DNA of 64,000 bases, taken from assembly GCA_026986775.1 (NCBI GenBank), contig JALSNX010000028.1, positions 7,609-71,608 of the forward strand, read 5' to 3'. Below are positions 29,845 to 40,371 of this stretch, piece by piece (position 1 is the first letter of the stretch; each line of letters begins with the position of its first letter). Both the position numbers and the translations under genes were made by a program. Below the pieces are notes generated by a model, which was given only the letters and a program-made list of their open reading frames with translations, did not search any database and was not told the DNA's origin. This stretch comes from a candidate division WOR-3 bacterium. Its GTDB lineage: Bacteria > Hydrothermota > Hydrothermia > UBA1063 > CAJXJZ01.

Positions 29845-30215
29845 TTTTTTCTCTCCGAAAGAAGCCTTTTAATTTCGTTTTTAAGCTCTGTGAGATCTGC
29901 CTGTTTAACCACGTAGGCATCAGCAAACCAGGACATATAATCTTCCTGATAGGAAACATAAGCAGTACTCAGAATAACAGGTATCTTGAGTTCTTCCTTC
30001 ACAATTTTCTGAAGGGCATCAAGTCCTGACATACCTTTCATCTTTATATCAAGAACTATCAGGTCTATATCCCTATCCTTTTGAAGTATCTCTAAAGCTT
30101 CTTCTCCACTTGATGCAAGCAGTACCTCATACCCTTCTTTGGTAAATGTTGTTTTGTAGAGCAATCTTATGTTGTCTTCGTCGTCCACAAACAAAATCCG
30201 AGGCTTCTTATCCAT
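29841..30215 (-). CDS. Single-domain response regulator (CheY-like receiver)
   Basis: 124 aa. Acidic pocket DDE, phospho-acceptor D in LIVLDIKM, conserved T/S and K. Confidence 0.85.
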   Translation of the reverse strand: MDKKPRILFVDDEDNIRLLYKTTFTKEGYEVLLASSGEEALEILQKDRDIDLIVLDIKMKGMSGLDALQKIVKEELKIPVILSTAYVSYQEDYMSWFADAYVVKQADLTELKNEIKRLLSERKK

Positions 30216-30279
30216 TTTATTCCTCCCGTTAGGTGTTTTTATGTTAAAGGAAAACAGGTGTTTTTTAAATCTATGAACC

Positions 30280-31854
30280 TTATAAAAGTCCTTTTCTCAA
30301 AGCTTTAAATCTATACATTTCACTATCGGCCTCTTTAATGAGCTTTGTAAGTTTTTTGCCATGCTCTGGATAAATGGCAACCCCATAGGAAAAGGAATGG
30401 GGCTTTTCAGTTTCCCCACCTATCTTTTCAAGGCTTTCCTTTTCAAATATTTCCTTTATCCTTTCTATGGTGCTTACTGCCTCCTCTCTATCAGAACCCC
30501 ACAGTATAACTATAAATTCATCGCCTCCGTACCGCACAATAAAATCGGACTTTCTGAGGTTCCTTTTAAACACTTCCACAAGTAATGTTAGAAGTCTGTC
30601 ACCATAGAGGTGACCCATGGTATCATTTACCCTCTTTAAGGAATCAAGGTCAATAAAGACAAGTGCAAATTTTCTTCGGTCTCTATCTGCTGTTGAAATA
30701 AGCCTTTCAAACTCGTTTTCAAGATAAGCATATGTGTATGCTCCTGTCAAACTATCAATAAAAGCAAGCTCCTTAAGACGCAGCATAACCTCTGCTGCCT
30801 GAAGAACAGGCGCTATCGTACCTGCAACGGCCTCTATGAACTGTCTGTCATACATTGAGAAGGAATCTTTTTCTTTGGATTCTATGTCAATCACACCCAC
30901 CACCTTATTTCTTATGATTACGGGTATGGCAATCTCTGACTTTACATCTTCCCCGGGAGTGGGATAAAATCTCAAATCTCTGGAAACGTCGTTGGAAATA
31001 ACAGGCACCCTGTGTTTAAAAGCGTAAGTGGAAAGCCCCTTATCAGTCGGCATCCTTAAACCAACAACATTTTCGTTTGCTCCAACCTGTGCCACCACCT
31101 TCAGACTATTTCCTTCTGGCACAAGAAGAAAATACTTACCCTCTATCTTCAAAACATCTTTTATAATGAGAAGTACCCTTCTGAAGAAATTCTCAACATC
31201 GGAGAGATTCTTTATTTCCTCACCAATGCGGTAAATCGCCTGCAATCTGAGGATAGGAGCGTACAGTCTCTTTTCCCTTTTAATAATATCTTCATAATCG
31301 GTTGTATCAAATTTAATGGGTTTTAATACCCTGCAGGCAACCTCCACCACATCCGCATCCCACCTTGAACCAACGGACTTTTTAAGTTCAGCCTTGGCTT
31401 CCTTTGAGGTAAAAGCTTTACGATAAGGACGATCTTCTGTAAGGGCAGCATAAGCATTGCACACAGCCAGAATCCGAACTTCAAGTGGTAATGAGAGAGA
31501 TGGAATACCATCAGGATACCCCTTTCCATTGACATACTCATGGTGCCATCTTGCCCACTGCGCATAACTTTTAAGTGCATCTATTTTTCCAATAAGCTTT
31601 TCACTGTAAACCGGGTGTTCTTTCATAATAGCAATCTCTTCAGTCTCAAGATTACGTGTCTTGGTAAGCACCATCTCTGGAATTATAATCTTTCCTATAT
31701 CATGCAGAAAGGCTACATAGTATAGCTCATCGCTGTAAACACCCATGGCCTGAGCAACTTTCTTTGTGTACTCCGCTACCCTGTAGCCATGACCGAGAAG
31801 ATTCGGATGTCTCAGCTCTGGTAAAATTGACAAAAGTTCAACCCATTTTCTCAT
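30280..31854 (-). CDS. HD-GYP / GAF / GGDEF multidomain c-di-GMP signalling protein
   Basis: 524 aa. HD-GYP (HDIGK, HHEYVNGKGYPDG), central GAF, then a C-terminal GGDEF domain with an intact RYGGDEF and an RKSD I-site. Confidence 0.85.
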   Translation of the reverse strand: MRKWVELLSILPELRHPNLLGHGYRVAEYTKKVAQAMGVYSDELYYVAFLHDIGKIIIPEMVLTKTRNLETEEIAIMKEHPVYSEKLIGKIDALKSYAQWARWHHEYVNGKGYPDGIPSLSLPLEVRILAVCNAYAALTEDRPYRKAFTSKEAKAELKKSVGSRWDADVVEVACRVLKPIKFDTTDYEDIIKREKRLYAPILRLQAIYRIGEEIKNLSDVENFFRRVLLIIKDVLKIEGKYFLLVPEGNSLKVVAQVGANENVVGLRMPTDKGLSTYAFKHRVPVISNDVSRDLRFYPTPGEDVKSEIAIPVIIRNKVVGVIDIESKEKDSFSMYDRQFIEAVAGTIAPVLQAAEVMLRLKELAFIDSLTGAYTYAYLENEFERLISTADRDRRKFALVFIDLDSLKRVNDTMGHLYGDRLLTLLVEVFKRNLRKSDFIVRYGGDEFIVILWGSDREEAVSTIERIKEIFEKESLEKIGGETEKPHSFSYGVAIYPEHGKKLTKLIKEADSEMYRFKALRKGLL

Positions 31855-31915
31855 AGTTACATCATAATAATCCTACCCCTTTGACCAGTCAAGAATTTAC
31901 TTTTAGAATATACTT

Positions 31916-33706
31916 ATGACTGAGAAGAAAAAAATACTAAAAGGACCGGACTTTGCAAAGGGTATACTTACTGCAATTGCAAACCTTTTGAAAAGAAGGG
32001 AATTTTTGAACTCAATCAATGTGTTCCCGGTACCTGATGGAGATACCGGTTCTAACCTTTCACATACCCTGAAGGGAGCAGCACCCATACTCATAGAAGC
32101 AGGTGAACAGCTCAAACTGTGTGAAGTTGTCAAAAGATTTTCAGAATCTCTTGTTTTGGAGGCAAAAGGTAACTCCGGAGTTATTCTATCTCAATTTTTC
32201 ATAGAGTTTCAGGAGGCTATAAAAGGAAAAGAATCACTGACTGGAAAGGAGTTTGCAAAAGCCCTGAAACAGGCTGTTGATAATACCTACAGGGCAATAG
32301 AAAATCCTGTAGAGGGAACCATTTTGAGCGTTATGCGGGATTCTGCCAATGCGGCTTTAAAATCCGCTAAAAGACACGATACATTTGTTGATGTTCTTGA
32401 AGACGTATATCACGAGACTTTGAAATCACTTGAAAAGACAAAAAAGGCCATGCTCAGGCTGAAAGGTAAAGAGGTAATTGACGCAGGTGCCTTTGGCTAT
32501 TTTCTATTAATTGAAGGGCTTTACAGATATTTTAAAGACGGACATTATGAAATACCGGATATAGACTTTGAAGACGAGCAAAAGAAAAGCGATTATATAG
32601 AGCAGGAAGAAATTAAAGAGAGATACTGCACCGAAGCTGTTATTGAAGGCGAAAACCTTTCTCAGAAAAAATTAAAAATACTTCTGGCCGCCCTTGGAAG
32701 TTCTCTTATTGTAATGGGAGCAGGGAAACTGTTTCACATTCACGTTCATACCAACTGGCCGGATAAAGTGTTTGATGTTCTGAAAAAAGAAGGACGAATA
32801 ATAAAGAAGAAAATAGACGACATGATTCAGATGAATCAGGAGGCTCAGAAAAAGGAACTGGGAATAGTTGTGGACTCTGCCTCTGACATGCCCATAGACA
32901 CAGCTCAGGAAAAGGACATTTACATAGTGCCACTTACCGTATTTATTGATGGAACGCCATACAGGGAAGGCGTTGACATAACGAGGGAAGAGATTACAAA
33001 AATAATTCTTGAAGGAAAACACGAAATTAAAACCTCACAACCCTCACCCAATGATTTCAAACAGGCTATTGATAGGGCATTTGAGAAATACAGAAACGTT
33101 TTGATAATCACACTTTCGTCCAGTCTTTCAGGTACATTTGGAGCTGCCCAGCTTGCCCAGAAATCTTATAAAGATAAGAGTGAAAGCATATTCGTATTTG
33201 ACTCAAGAATGGCATCCTTAGGTGAGACTCTTCTGGCAATAAGAGCAAGAGAAAAAGCAGAGGAAGGATACTCTCCACGAGAAATAGTTTCATACCTCAA
33301 TAAACTGGTTTCCTACTCAAAGTATCTCCTCGTGGTGGGCGATCTGAAATCCCTTATAAAGCGTGGAAAAATAGGTAAAATAAGCGGCGCCATTGGAACC
33401 TACCTCAAAATAAAACCTATATTAACCTTTGATGAGCAGGGAGCATTATACGCCCAGGAGAAAATCATGGGTCTGGACAGGGCAATTAGAAAAATGGGAG
33501 AAATGCTTGAGGAATCTTTAAGGAAAACCTGGACATATGACTTTGGATTTACTCACTTTGCTTTTGAAGAGGGAATGAAAAAACTTGAAGAATTCGTCAT
33601 AAGCAGATTCTCAGCACATACTGTTTTCAGAACATGGGCTTCACCGGTAATAGGAGCCTATACAGGTCCTGATTCTGTGGGAGTTGTTGCCATACCAAGG
33701 ATATAA
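31916..33706 (+). CDS. DAK2 domain / DegV fusion protein (YloV family)
   Basis: 596 aa. N-terminal DhaL-like (PVPDGDTGSN) and a C-terminal DegV/EDD fatty-acid-binding-like domain. The only credible plus-strand gene in the window. Confidence 0.8.
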   Translation: MTEKKKILKGPDFAKGILTAIANLLKRREFLNSINVFPVPDGDTGSNLSHTLKGAAPILIEAGEQLKLCEVVKRFSESLVLEAKGNSGVILSQFFIEFQEAIKGKESLTGKEFAKALKQAVDNTYRAIENPVEGTILSVMRDSANAALKSAKRHDTFVDVLEDVYHETLKSLEKTKKAMLRLKGKEVIDAGAFGYFLLIEGLYRYFKDGHYEIPDIDFEDEQKKSDYIEQEEIKERYCTEAVIEGENLSQKKLKILLAALGSSLIVMGAGKLFHIHVHTNWPDKVFDVLKKEGRIIKKKIDDMIQMNQEAQKKELGIVVDSASDMPIDTAQEKDIYIVPLTVFIDGTPYREGVDITREEITKIILEGKHEIKTSQPSPNDFKQAIDRAFEKYRNVLIITLSSSLSGTFGAAQLAQKSYKDKSESIFVFDSRMASLGETLLAIRAREKAEEGYSPREIVSYLNKLVSYSKYLLVVGDLKSLIKRGKIGKISGAIGTYLKIKPILTFDEQGALYAQEKIMGLDRAIRKMGEMLEESLRKTWTYDFGFTHFAFEEGMKKLEEFVISRFSAHTVFRTWASPVIGAYTGPDSVGVVAIPRI

Positions 33707-33717
33707 AAGAAAGAGTA

Positions 33718-34899
33718 TCAGAAATGTCTATTTTTTACTCCAGCACGTGCTCTGAAAAGCTCAATCATCTCTTTTAAACTTCTTAATGACGCATCGGGGT
33801 CTTTTAGAGCAAGTTTTGTATGATTTAGAACCCTTAAAACCCAGAGTTTAAAAAGAAGCTTTCTCCATTCTTCAATGGTAGGGTCAAAATGTTTCATAAA
33901 TATCTCATAGGACTCATACCATAGTGTCGGATTCATAAAATCGTAATCTCCATCAGAAATTGCTTTTGATACCCTTTCTCTTATATGGGAGGGGAAGTAC
34001 TCTAAAAGCAATGACTTCATCTTCTCGGTCCACCCCTCTTTAAACTCTCTTATAGTACCATCTATATCAAAGGCTATACGGGTCTTGTATTCCTGTGGAA
34101 CCTCCACTGTATTGTCTTTATGGTAAACCATTCTATCCGTATCTATCCTGAGGTTTTTATTTTCCCGTATAAAATCAAAGCACTCCACAGTCATGGTTTC
34201 AAGGTCACTGAGTTTGCCATAGAGTTTATGGTGCTTTCCCTCTTTAATATAAACCTCATACAGTTTAACCCCATATCTTGCAAAAGATATAGTCAAAGCT
34301 GTATCTATGGACCAGTCACTCGCCTCTAAAACAATTTTATCTTTTGCCAGTCGTTCTGCAACTTCTCGTGTAAACCCCAGTTCTCCTCCAAGTGGCTGCT
34401 CTATATCGGGAAGAATTGTATGTGGCCACACATACGCAAAGCCGGTTCTCGTAATATTCCATGTAACCATTGCATCTGTATAGGCTCTCGGGAAAAAGCA
34501 TCTTGATACATGGTATCCTTCATCAAGCCTAAGCTGTACCCTATCAATCCATGTTCTGGAAAAGGACTTTATATCAGCATCGTAAAAGTGCAGAAATTTC
34601 TCTTTTCCTCTCTCAACAAAATATTGAATTGCAGTATTCATCCCATCACCCTTACCCGCTCGTCTTTTTGTTCCAAGTCTCTTCTGTATTATAAGTGATA
34701 TTCTGCTTTTTTCCTCTGCTTTAAGCGTGCTTATAAAATCAGATATACCTCTGTAAGTCTCATTTTCATTATAACCTACCAGAATTACATGCCCCACTCT
34801 TTCATGAGAAAGAGCCTCTTTTATATTATTTTTGAAATCTTCCACGTTTTCTTTTTTGAAGGGAAAACAAACGGCAATGTCTTTTTGCCCCTTTTCCAT
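33718..34899 (-). CDS. GT-A retaining glycosyltransferase resembling glycosyl-3-phosphoglycerate synthases (GpgS/MpgS type)
   Basis: 393 aa. AVCFPFKKEN (compare GpgS VVIPALDEE), RRAGKGDGMNTA (compare PGKGEALWRS), HFYDADI (DxD). Confidence 0.45.
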   Translation of the reverse strand: MEKGQKDIAVCFPFKKENVEDFKNNIKEALSHERVGHVILVGYNENETYRGISDFISTLKAEEKSRISLIIQKRLGTKRRAGKGDGMNTAIQYFVERGKEKFLHFYDADIKSFSRTWIDRVQLRLDEGYHVSRCFFPRAYTDAMVTWNITRTGFAYVWPHTILPDIEQPLGGELGFTREVAERLAKDKIVLEASDWSIDTALTISFARYGVKLYEVYIKEGKHHKLYGKLSDLETMTVECFDFIRENKNLRIDTDRMVYHKDNTVEVPQEYKTRIAFDIDGTIREFKEGWTEKMKSLLLEYFPSHIRERVSKAISDGDYDFMNPTLWYESYEIFMKHFDPTIEEWRKLLFKLWVLRVLNHTKLALKDPDASLRSLKEMIELFRARAGVKNRHF

Positions 34900-34919
34900 G
34901 CCTCTCCTCCATTTTCAAA

Positions 34920-37166
34920 TTAAAACTGAGTGCCGAACTGAATATGGGGAACCCACTTGCCTCCATTGTTATTAAACCCATAGGCAAGGTCAAATCCAAC
35001 AATGCCCAGCATGGGCATTTCCATTCTTATTCCAATACCTGCACCTTTTTTTAGAACAAAAGGACGCATGTAAGATGAGTTTTTCCATGCATTTCCGGCA
35101 TCAAAAAACAAAAGTCCATAGGTACTTTCACTGAATCTATACCTCAATTCCATTGTACCAATCAGAAAAACCCGTCCACCTACGTTCACACCATTTTCAT
35201 GGGGGCCAACACTTCTGAGCTCATATCCTCGCAATCCAAACGCTCCAACATCTCCAAGGAAAAACCTTTCATTGAATGGCACGTCTTCAGCCGCATAAAG
35301 TCCAACCACACTGCCTGTAAATCCACGCAGAGCAAGTATTATTTTCCTCCTGTAGTTAAAGAGCTGTGACCTTTCAACAGTAAGCTTTCCAAAATTGGCA
35401 TCCCCCATGAGTGGACCGCCTGCAAGTTTGGTTGTTACAACAGTTCTTTCTCCATTCATTGCATTAAAAGACCTGTCCCGTGTATCTCTTGTGAATGTCA
35501 GTGTAATGGCAGAGGTTAGAACAGGCTTTTCCTGTGTCCACTCCTCAAATTCGGGCAATGATTTTAACTCGTCAGGAATATCCTTGAGAGTAACCCTTTC
35601 AAGGGTGTAGCCATAACCAAGATAATTGAAGTCACTTATGATTCTCTGACGATACCCCAGAGAGAACCCTTCCTTTTGTTCAGTATAGGAAGGTAAATAT
35701 CTCGTTGTATAATACACTGCTCCAGAGAAAGACCGTCTCTTTCCTCCAATCCACGGAATCGTGTAATTCAGAGATACATTTCGTCTCTGAGCGCCATATT
35801 CAACAATACCACCTACAGTCTGGCCTCTTCCAAGGAAATTTGGCTCCTGAATCTGAAAATAAAAAGATAATCCATCTATTTCAGAATATGTTGCTCCAAG
35901 TCCAAGCTGGCCTGTTGATTTTTCCTCCACTTTGAATGTCACGTCTATTTGAGAAGAATCTGACGTCTCTGAAAAATCCATTGAGACATTACTGAAATAA
36001 TTGAGGTAATAGAGGTTCCGCTGAGACCTTATGGCCATCTTTCTTGAAAAATACTCACCGGGGAAAAGATACAGCTCTCTTCTTATAACTTCATCAAAGG
36101 TCTTTGTATTACCTTTGATATTGACTTTCCTGACTCTGACCCTAACCCCCTCATTGATATAAACGATGAAATCAACCGTATCGCCCCGTACACTATCACG
36201 CGGATATACAGTTGCATAGATATACCCGGAATCAGCATAAAGTGACTGAATATTCTCAAGACTCTTTTCTAATTTCTTCTGAGAATATACCGCTTTTGGC
36301 CGTAGAACCCATAAGAGGTTCAAAAGTCTGCTCTTAAACAATTTGTTACCTTCAAATCTCACCTTACCGGCATAATACTTCTTTCCCTCTGTAATATATA
36401 TCCTTATATAGATGTCCTTTCCTTTTCTATCCACCTTAAACGAATCAACACGGGCATTCATATATCCACGATTTCTATAATACTCCTCTATTTTCTTCAT
36501 ATCATTCTGAAGTTCTTCTCTTTTAAGTTTGCCCGACCTCAAAAAGCCACGTGGCTTATTCTTCATCTTTGCAATCAGCTTTTTATCTTTAAATACGGTG
36601 TTACCAAAGATTTCAACCTTTTTTATGCGCGCTTTAGGACCTTCGTTAATCTCAAAAACCACATCCGTGAGACATCCTTTTCTGTTTCTATAAGAATAAC
36701 TTATCTCTGCATAGGGATAGCCTTTCTCTGTATAAATATCTTTTATGTACGCTACTGTTTCTTCAAGAAGAGCATCGGAAACTGGGTCACCCCTGTGAAG
36801 GGGAAAACGCTTTATAACCTTTTCCTCTGTATTTTCACCAGTGCCAACCTCTTTAGTACGGTCTTTTGTAAGTTCCGAAGTTTTGACCTTCCTGTTGCCC
36901 TTGAATATGATACTATCCACTCTGGGATTCTCAGTAATATATAGATAGATATCAAGGGAGTCTCCATTTCTTACCGCTCTCACTCTCACCTGCTCTGCAA
37001 AGTTATGCTTTATAAGGTCTTTTATCGCTTTATCAATTTCCGGATAGGATATATCAACGTCCTCTCTTAGTCCTGTAAATGTACGGTAAAAATCGGTGCG
37101 GTTGCACATTGCACCTGAAAAACTCACGGTTCTTATTACGAAGGAAACAAGAAAGGCTATCAACAT
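34920..37166 (-). CDS. bamA: Outer membrane protein assembly factor BamA (Omp85)
   Basis: 748 aa. Signal peptide, POTRA repeats, C-terminal beta-barrel ending ...HIQFGTQF (aromatic C-terminal beta-signal). Confidence 0.85.
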   Translation of the reverse strand: MLIAFLVSFVIRTVSFSGAMCNRTDFYRTFTGLREDVDISYPEIDKAIKDLIKHNFAEQVRVRAVRNGDSLDIYLYITENPRVDSIIFKGNRKVKTSELTKDRTKEVGTGENTEEKVIKRFPLHRGDPVSDALLEETVAYIKDIYTEKGYPYAEISYSYRNRKGCLTDVVFEINEGPKARIKKVEIFGNTVFKDKKLIAKMKNKPRGFLRSGKLKREELQNDMKKIEEYYRNRGYMNARVDSFKVDRKGKDIYIRIYITEGKKYYAGKVRFEGNKLFKSRLLNLLWVLRPKAVYSQKKLEKSLENIQSLYADSGYIYATVYPRDSVRGDTVDFIVYINEGVRVRVRKVNIKGNTKTFDEVIRRELYLFPGEYFSRKMAIRSQRNLYYLNYFSNVSMDFSETSDSSQIDVTFKVEEKSTGQLGLGATYSEIDGLSFYFQIQEPNFLGRGQTVGGIVEYGAQRRNVSLNYTIPWIGGKRRSFSGAVYYTTRYLPSYTEQKEGFSLGYRQRIISDFNYLGYGYTLERVTLKDIPDELKSLPEFEEWTQEKPVLTSAITLTFTRDTRDRSFNAMNGERTVVTTKLAGGPLMGDANFGKLTVERSQLFNYRRKIILALRGFTGSVVGLYAAEDVPFNERFFLGDVGAFGLRGYELRSVGPHENGVNVGGRVFLIGTMELRYRFSESTYGLLFFDAGNAWKNSSYMRPFVLKKGAGIGIRMEMPMLGIVGFDLAYGFNNNGGKWVPHIQFGTQF

Positions 37167-37172
37167 AACTAT

Positions 37173-39611
37173 TTATTCCCTGTGAAGCGTCTCTATCTTT
37201 CTTTCAGGTTCAAACACTATGGCATCACCTTTAACTTTTGCCACAACGTTGCTACCCTCTTTTATCTTGCCCCTCAATATAGCTTCTGAAAGCGGTTCTT
37301 CAATATACTTCCTTATTACTCTTCTGAGCGGTCTTGCACCATACTCTTCATCATAACCCTTTTCTACAAGAAAATCCCTAACCTCATCAGTTAAATCAAA
37401 CCCAATCTTCCTATCTTTGAGTCTTCTCCTCAAATCATTAAGAAGGATGTCAATTATTTTCTTCAAGGATTCTCTGGAAAGTGATCTGAATATTATAACC
37501 TCATCAATTCTATTTAAAAACTCAGGTGGAGCAGTCTTCTTAAGTTCGGAAAGCAAATAGTCCCTTGTAAACCTGTCTTTAACTTCAAGTTTCTGTTCCT
37601 TAAAGCCAAGTTGCGTTTGCCTTCTTAAAAATTTCGTGCCAATATTGGAGGTAAATATGATTACAGTATTTCTAAAACTTACCTTTCTACCGTAGTTATC
37701 CGTTAAAACACCCTCTTCAAGCACCTGCAGAAGTAAATGAAACACATCAGGATGGGCTTTTTCTATTTCATCAAATAGTACCACTGAATATGGCTTCCTC
37801 CTGACTTTTTCAGTAAGCTGTCCGCCCTCATCATATCCAACATACCCCGGAGGTGCACCTATCAGCTTTGACACATTGAATTTTTCCATGTATTCCGACA
37901 TATCAACCTCAATAAGAGCATCTCTATCTCCGAATAAAAACTCAGCAAGCGCCTTGGCTGTTTCGGTTTTTCCAACCCCCGTGGGACCGAGGAAAATAAA
38001 TGAACCTATGGGACGTCTCGGGTCCTTTATTCCCGCTCTTGCTCTTCTTATGGCACGAGCAAGGGCGTTAATTGCCTCATCCTGTCCCACAACACGCTTT
38101 TTAAGCTCTTCTTCCATGTGAAGGAGTCTTTCCTGCTCGGTCTGGGAGAGCCTGCTCACAGGAATACCGGTCCACAGAGATATGATTTCTGCTATATGCT
38201 CTCTCTTAACAACAGGTGCCTTTCCCTCTCTATGGAGCTTTCTCTTTCTCTCTGCAATGAGTACCTTAAGCTCTTTTTCTCTATCTCTGTAATGCGCTGC
38301 TAATTCATACTCCTGATTCTTAACCGCTCTTTCTTTATATCTCCTTACTGTTTCAAGCTCCTTTTTCCACTCTTCAAGTTTTTCATCTGACGCTACAGAA
38401 CTTAACTTCAACTTTGCACCGGCTTCATCAAGAACATCTATTGCTTTATCAGGCAGGAATCTACCCACAATGTATCTGTCAGATAAGCGTGCAGCAGCCT
38501 CAATGGCTTCATCAGAATACACTACCCCATGAAACTGCTCGTATTTTTCTTTAAGACCTCTGAGTATTTCAATGGTTTCCTCAACTGTAGGTGGGTCAAC
38601 AATTATCGGCTGGAATCTTCTCTCAAGTGCCCCATCCTTTTCAATGTATTTTCTGTAATCCTCAAGGGTAGTGGCGCCAATTACCTGAAGAAGACCTCTT
38701 GCGAGAGCAGGTTTAAGTATATTGGATGCGTCAAGTGCACCCTCAGCTGCTCCAGCGCCTGATAGGGTATGAATCTCATCAATGAAAAGAATAACCTCTT
38801 TAGCCTGTGTGGCTTCATTAACAATAGCCTTCAGTCTTTCCTCAAACTGCCCTCTGTACTTTGTCCCTGCCACCACTGCAGCAAGATCAAGTGCAAGAAT
38901 TCTCTTGTCCAGCAAAGCATCTGGCACTTCACCCCTCGCAATCTTTTGGGCAATACCTTCCACAATTGCCGTTTTCCCAACACCCGGTTCGCCAATTAAA
39001 ACAGGATTGTTCTTCTTTCTTCTTGCAAGTATCTGTAAAACACGCTCTATTTCCTTCTCTCTGCCTATCACAGGGTCAAGTTTTCCTTCTCTTGCAAGGT
39101 GAGTAAGGTCAAGGGAGAATGCCTCAAGATTCTTGAGCTTTCTGGGCTTCTCCCGTTGAGAACCGTCAGCAAAATCCTCACTGCTTATAAGCTGCTCCAT
39201 CACACTCTCGTAACTTATGTCAAAGCCTGAGAGTATTCTGCTGGTAAATGTATCCTTTTCTCTCAATATTCCAAGAAGTATGTGCTCCGTGCCTATGTAG
39301 CTTTTCCCCAATTTCCTTGCTTCCTCCTCTGCGTTTGTAATTGCCTTTGCCGCCTCCTTGTTGAGAGGTAGAGGGTCTTGCAACGCAAGAGGTGGAAACA
39401 CGTGAGTGGATGAAAGTTCTTTCTGTACCAGCTTCCTTACCTTTTCAAGCGTGACATTGTGAGAGGTCAGGATGCTGTAAGCAATCCCATCTTCAACCCG
39501 TAGTAAGCCCAGAAGTAGATGCTCTGTCCCAACATACGTATGAAGCAGTTTTTCTGCTTCTTTTCTTGCAAAATCTATAGCCTTTCTGGCTCCCTGAGTA
39601 AACCTATCCAT
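37173..39611 (-). CDS. clpC: ATP-dependent Clp protease ATP-binding subunit ClpC-type (double AAA+)
   Basis: 812 aa. Two Clp_N repeats, a UVR-like middle domain, two Walker A sites (GEPGVGKTA, GPTGVGKTE). Confidence 0.9.
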   Translation of the reverse strand: MDRFTQGARKAIDFARKEAEKLLHTYVGTEHLLLGLLRVEDGIAYSILTSHNVTLEKVRKLVQKELSSTHVFPPLALQDPLPLNKEAAKAITNAEEEARKLGKSYIGTEHILLGILREKDTFTSRILSGFDISYESVMEQLISSEDFADGSQREKPRKLKNLEAFSLDLTHLAREGKLDPVIGREKEIERVLQILARRKKNNPVLIGEPGVGKTAIVEGIAQKIARGEVPDALLDKRILALDLAAVVAGTKYRGQFEERLKAIVNEATQAKEVILFIDEIHTLSGAGAAEGALDASNILKPALARGLLQVIGATTLEDYRKYIEKDGALERRFQPIIVDPPTVEETIEILRGLKEKYEQFHGVVYSDEAIEAAARLSDRYIVGRFLPDKAIDVLDEAGAKLKLSSVASDEKLEEWKKELETVRRYKERAVKNQEYELAAHYRDREKELKVLIAERKRKLHREGKAPVVKREHIAEIISLWTGIPVSRLSQTEQERLLHMEEELKKRVVGQDEAINALARAIRRARAGIKDPRRPIGSFIFLGPTGVGKTETAKALAEFLFGDRDALIEVDMSEYMEKFNVSKLIGAPPGYVGYDEGGQLTEKVRRKPYSVVLFDEIEKAHPDVFHLLLQVLEEGVLTDNYGRKVSFRNTVIIFTSNIGTKFLRRQTQLGFKEQKLEVKDRFTRDYLLSELKKTAPPEFLNRIDEVIIFRSLSRESLKKIIDILLNDLRRRLKDRKIGFDLTDEVRDFLVEKGYDEEYGARPLRRVIRKYIEEPLSEAILRGKIKEGSNVVAKVKGDAIVFEPERKIETLHRE

Positions 39612-39612
39612 A

Positions 39613-40329
39613 CTATCCCTTCTTAACCTCCATTAAATTTTTCAATACTTTCATTTCTTCATCAATATCTCCCGGAGTTCCAAGGTTAAACTCTGGAAAC
39701 TCCTCTTTAATCTTCTTCAAAATGACATATGCTTCCTCATACTTCTTCTCAGACTCTTTAAGCTTTGCTGCCCTGTAAAGATAATAAGCCTTTAATGTTT
39801 TAAGTGGGGCCTTCTTAGATGCCTCAACAAGATATGTATATCCTTTTTCCAGGTCTCCTTTTGCTATACTTATGCTTCCGAGGTATGCAAGACTTGATGC
39901 CTGAAGAAGTGGGTCTTTCACTCCACGTGAAAGGAAACTATTGAAATACTGCTCTGCACTATCAAGATTGTTCATCTTAAAATAATAAAGTCCTGTATAG
40001 TACAGTGCCCTCTTGGCCGAAACTGTGCCGTTGTATCTGGTAGTTATTTCATTCAAAAGCCTCAATACCTGAGTGGAATTTGTATCCTGAGGTGAGACAC
40101 TGCTCAGGCTGCTCATCACCTGAATTAACATGAGCTGAGCCTGAGAATTGTACCTTGGCTTTGTTGAATAATAATAGACACCCAGAAGAACGAGTATCAG
40201 TAAGACTATACCGCCTATTTTCTTCTGCCTGTCAGTTGGTCTGAAATGCAATATGTCATTAAAAAACTTCTCTATCGCCTCAGCAACCGGATCATGTCTT
40301 AATTCTTCCTTTGTAAGCTTTTTACTCAT
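39613..40329 (-). CDS. Membrane-anchored TPR-repeat protein (YfgM-like)
   Basis: 238 aa. Single TM (IVLLILVLLGVYYY) plus TPR-like helical repeats. Confidence 0.55.
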   Translation of the reverse strand: MSKKLTKEELRHDPVAEAIEKFFNDILHFRPTDRQKKIGGIVLLILVLLGVYYYSTKPRYNSQAQLMLIQVMSSLSSVSPQDTNSTQVLRLLNEITTRYNGTVSAKRALYYTGLYYFKMNNLDSAEQYFNSFLSRGVKDPLLQASSLAYLGSISIAKGDLEKGYTYLVEASKKAPLKTLKAYYLYRAAKLKESEKKYEEAYVILKKIKEEFPEFNLGTPGDIDEEMKVLKNLMEVKKG

Positions 40330-40371
40330 GCCTCTTAACCTCCTATTTTATACACATTTTTAAACGAATTG

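Noticed and set aside
31903-32133. 76-aa minus-strand ORF overlapping the start of the plus-strand yloV-like gene
   Set aside because: It is the antisense shadow of a strongly supported DAK2 domain (PVPDGDTGSN on the plus strand). It has no homology and no RBS.
33718-34050. HAD phosphatase motif I (DIDGT) in the C-terminal tail of the GpgS-like glycosyltransferase, suggesting a synthase-phosphatase fusion
   Set aside because: Only about 110 aa follow the motif. Without motifs II-IV, too little remains to be a HAD core. It is treated as a possible remnant or coincidence pending a profile search.
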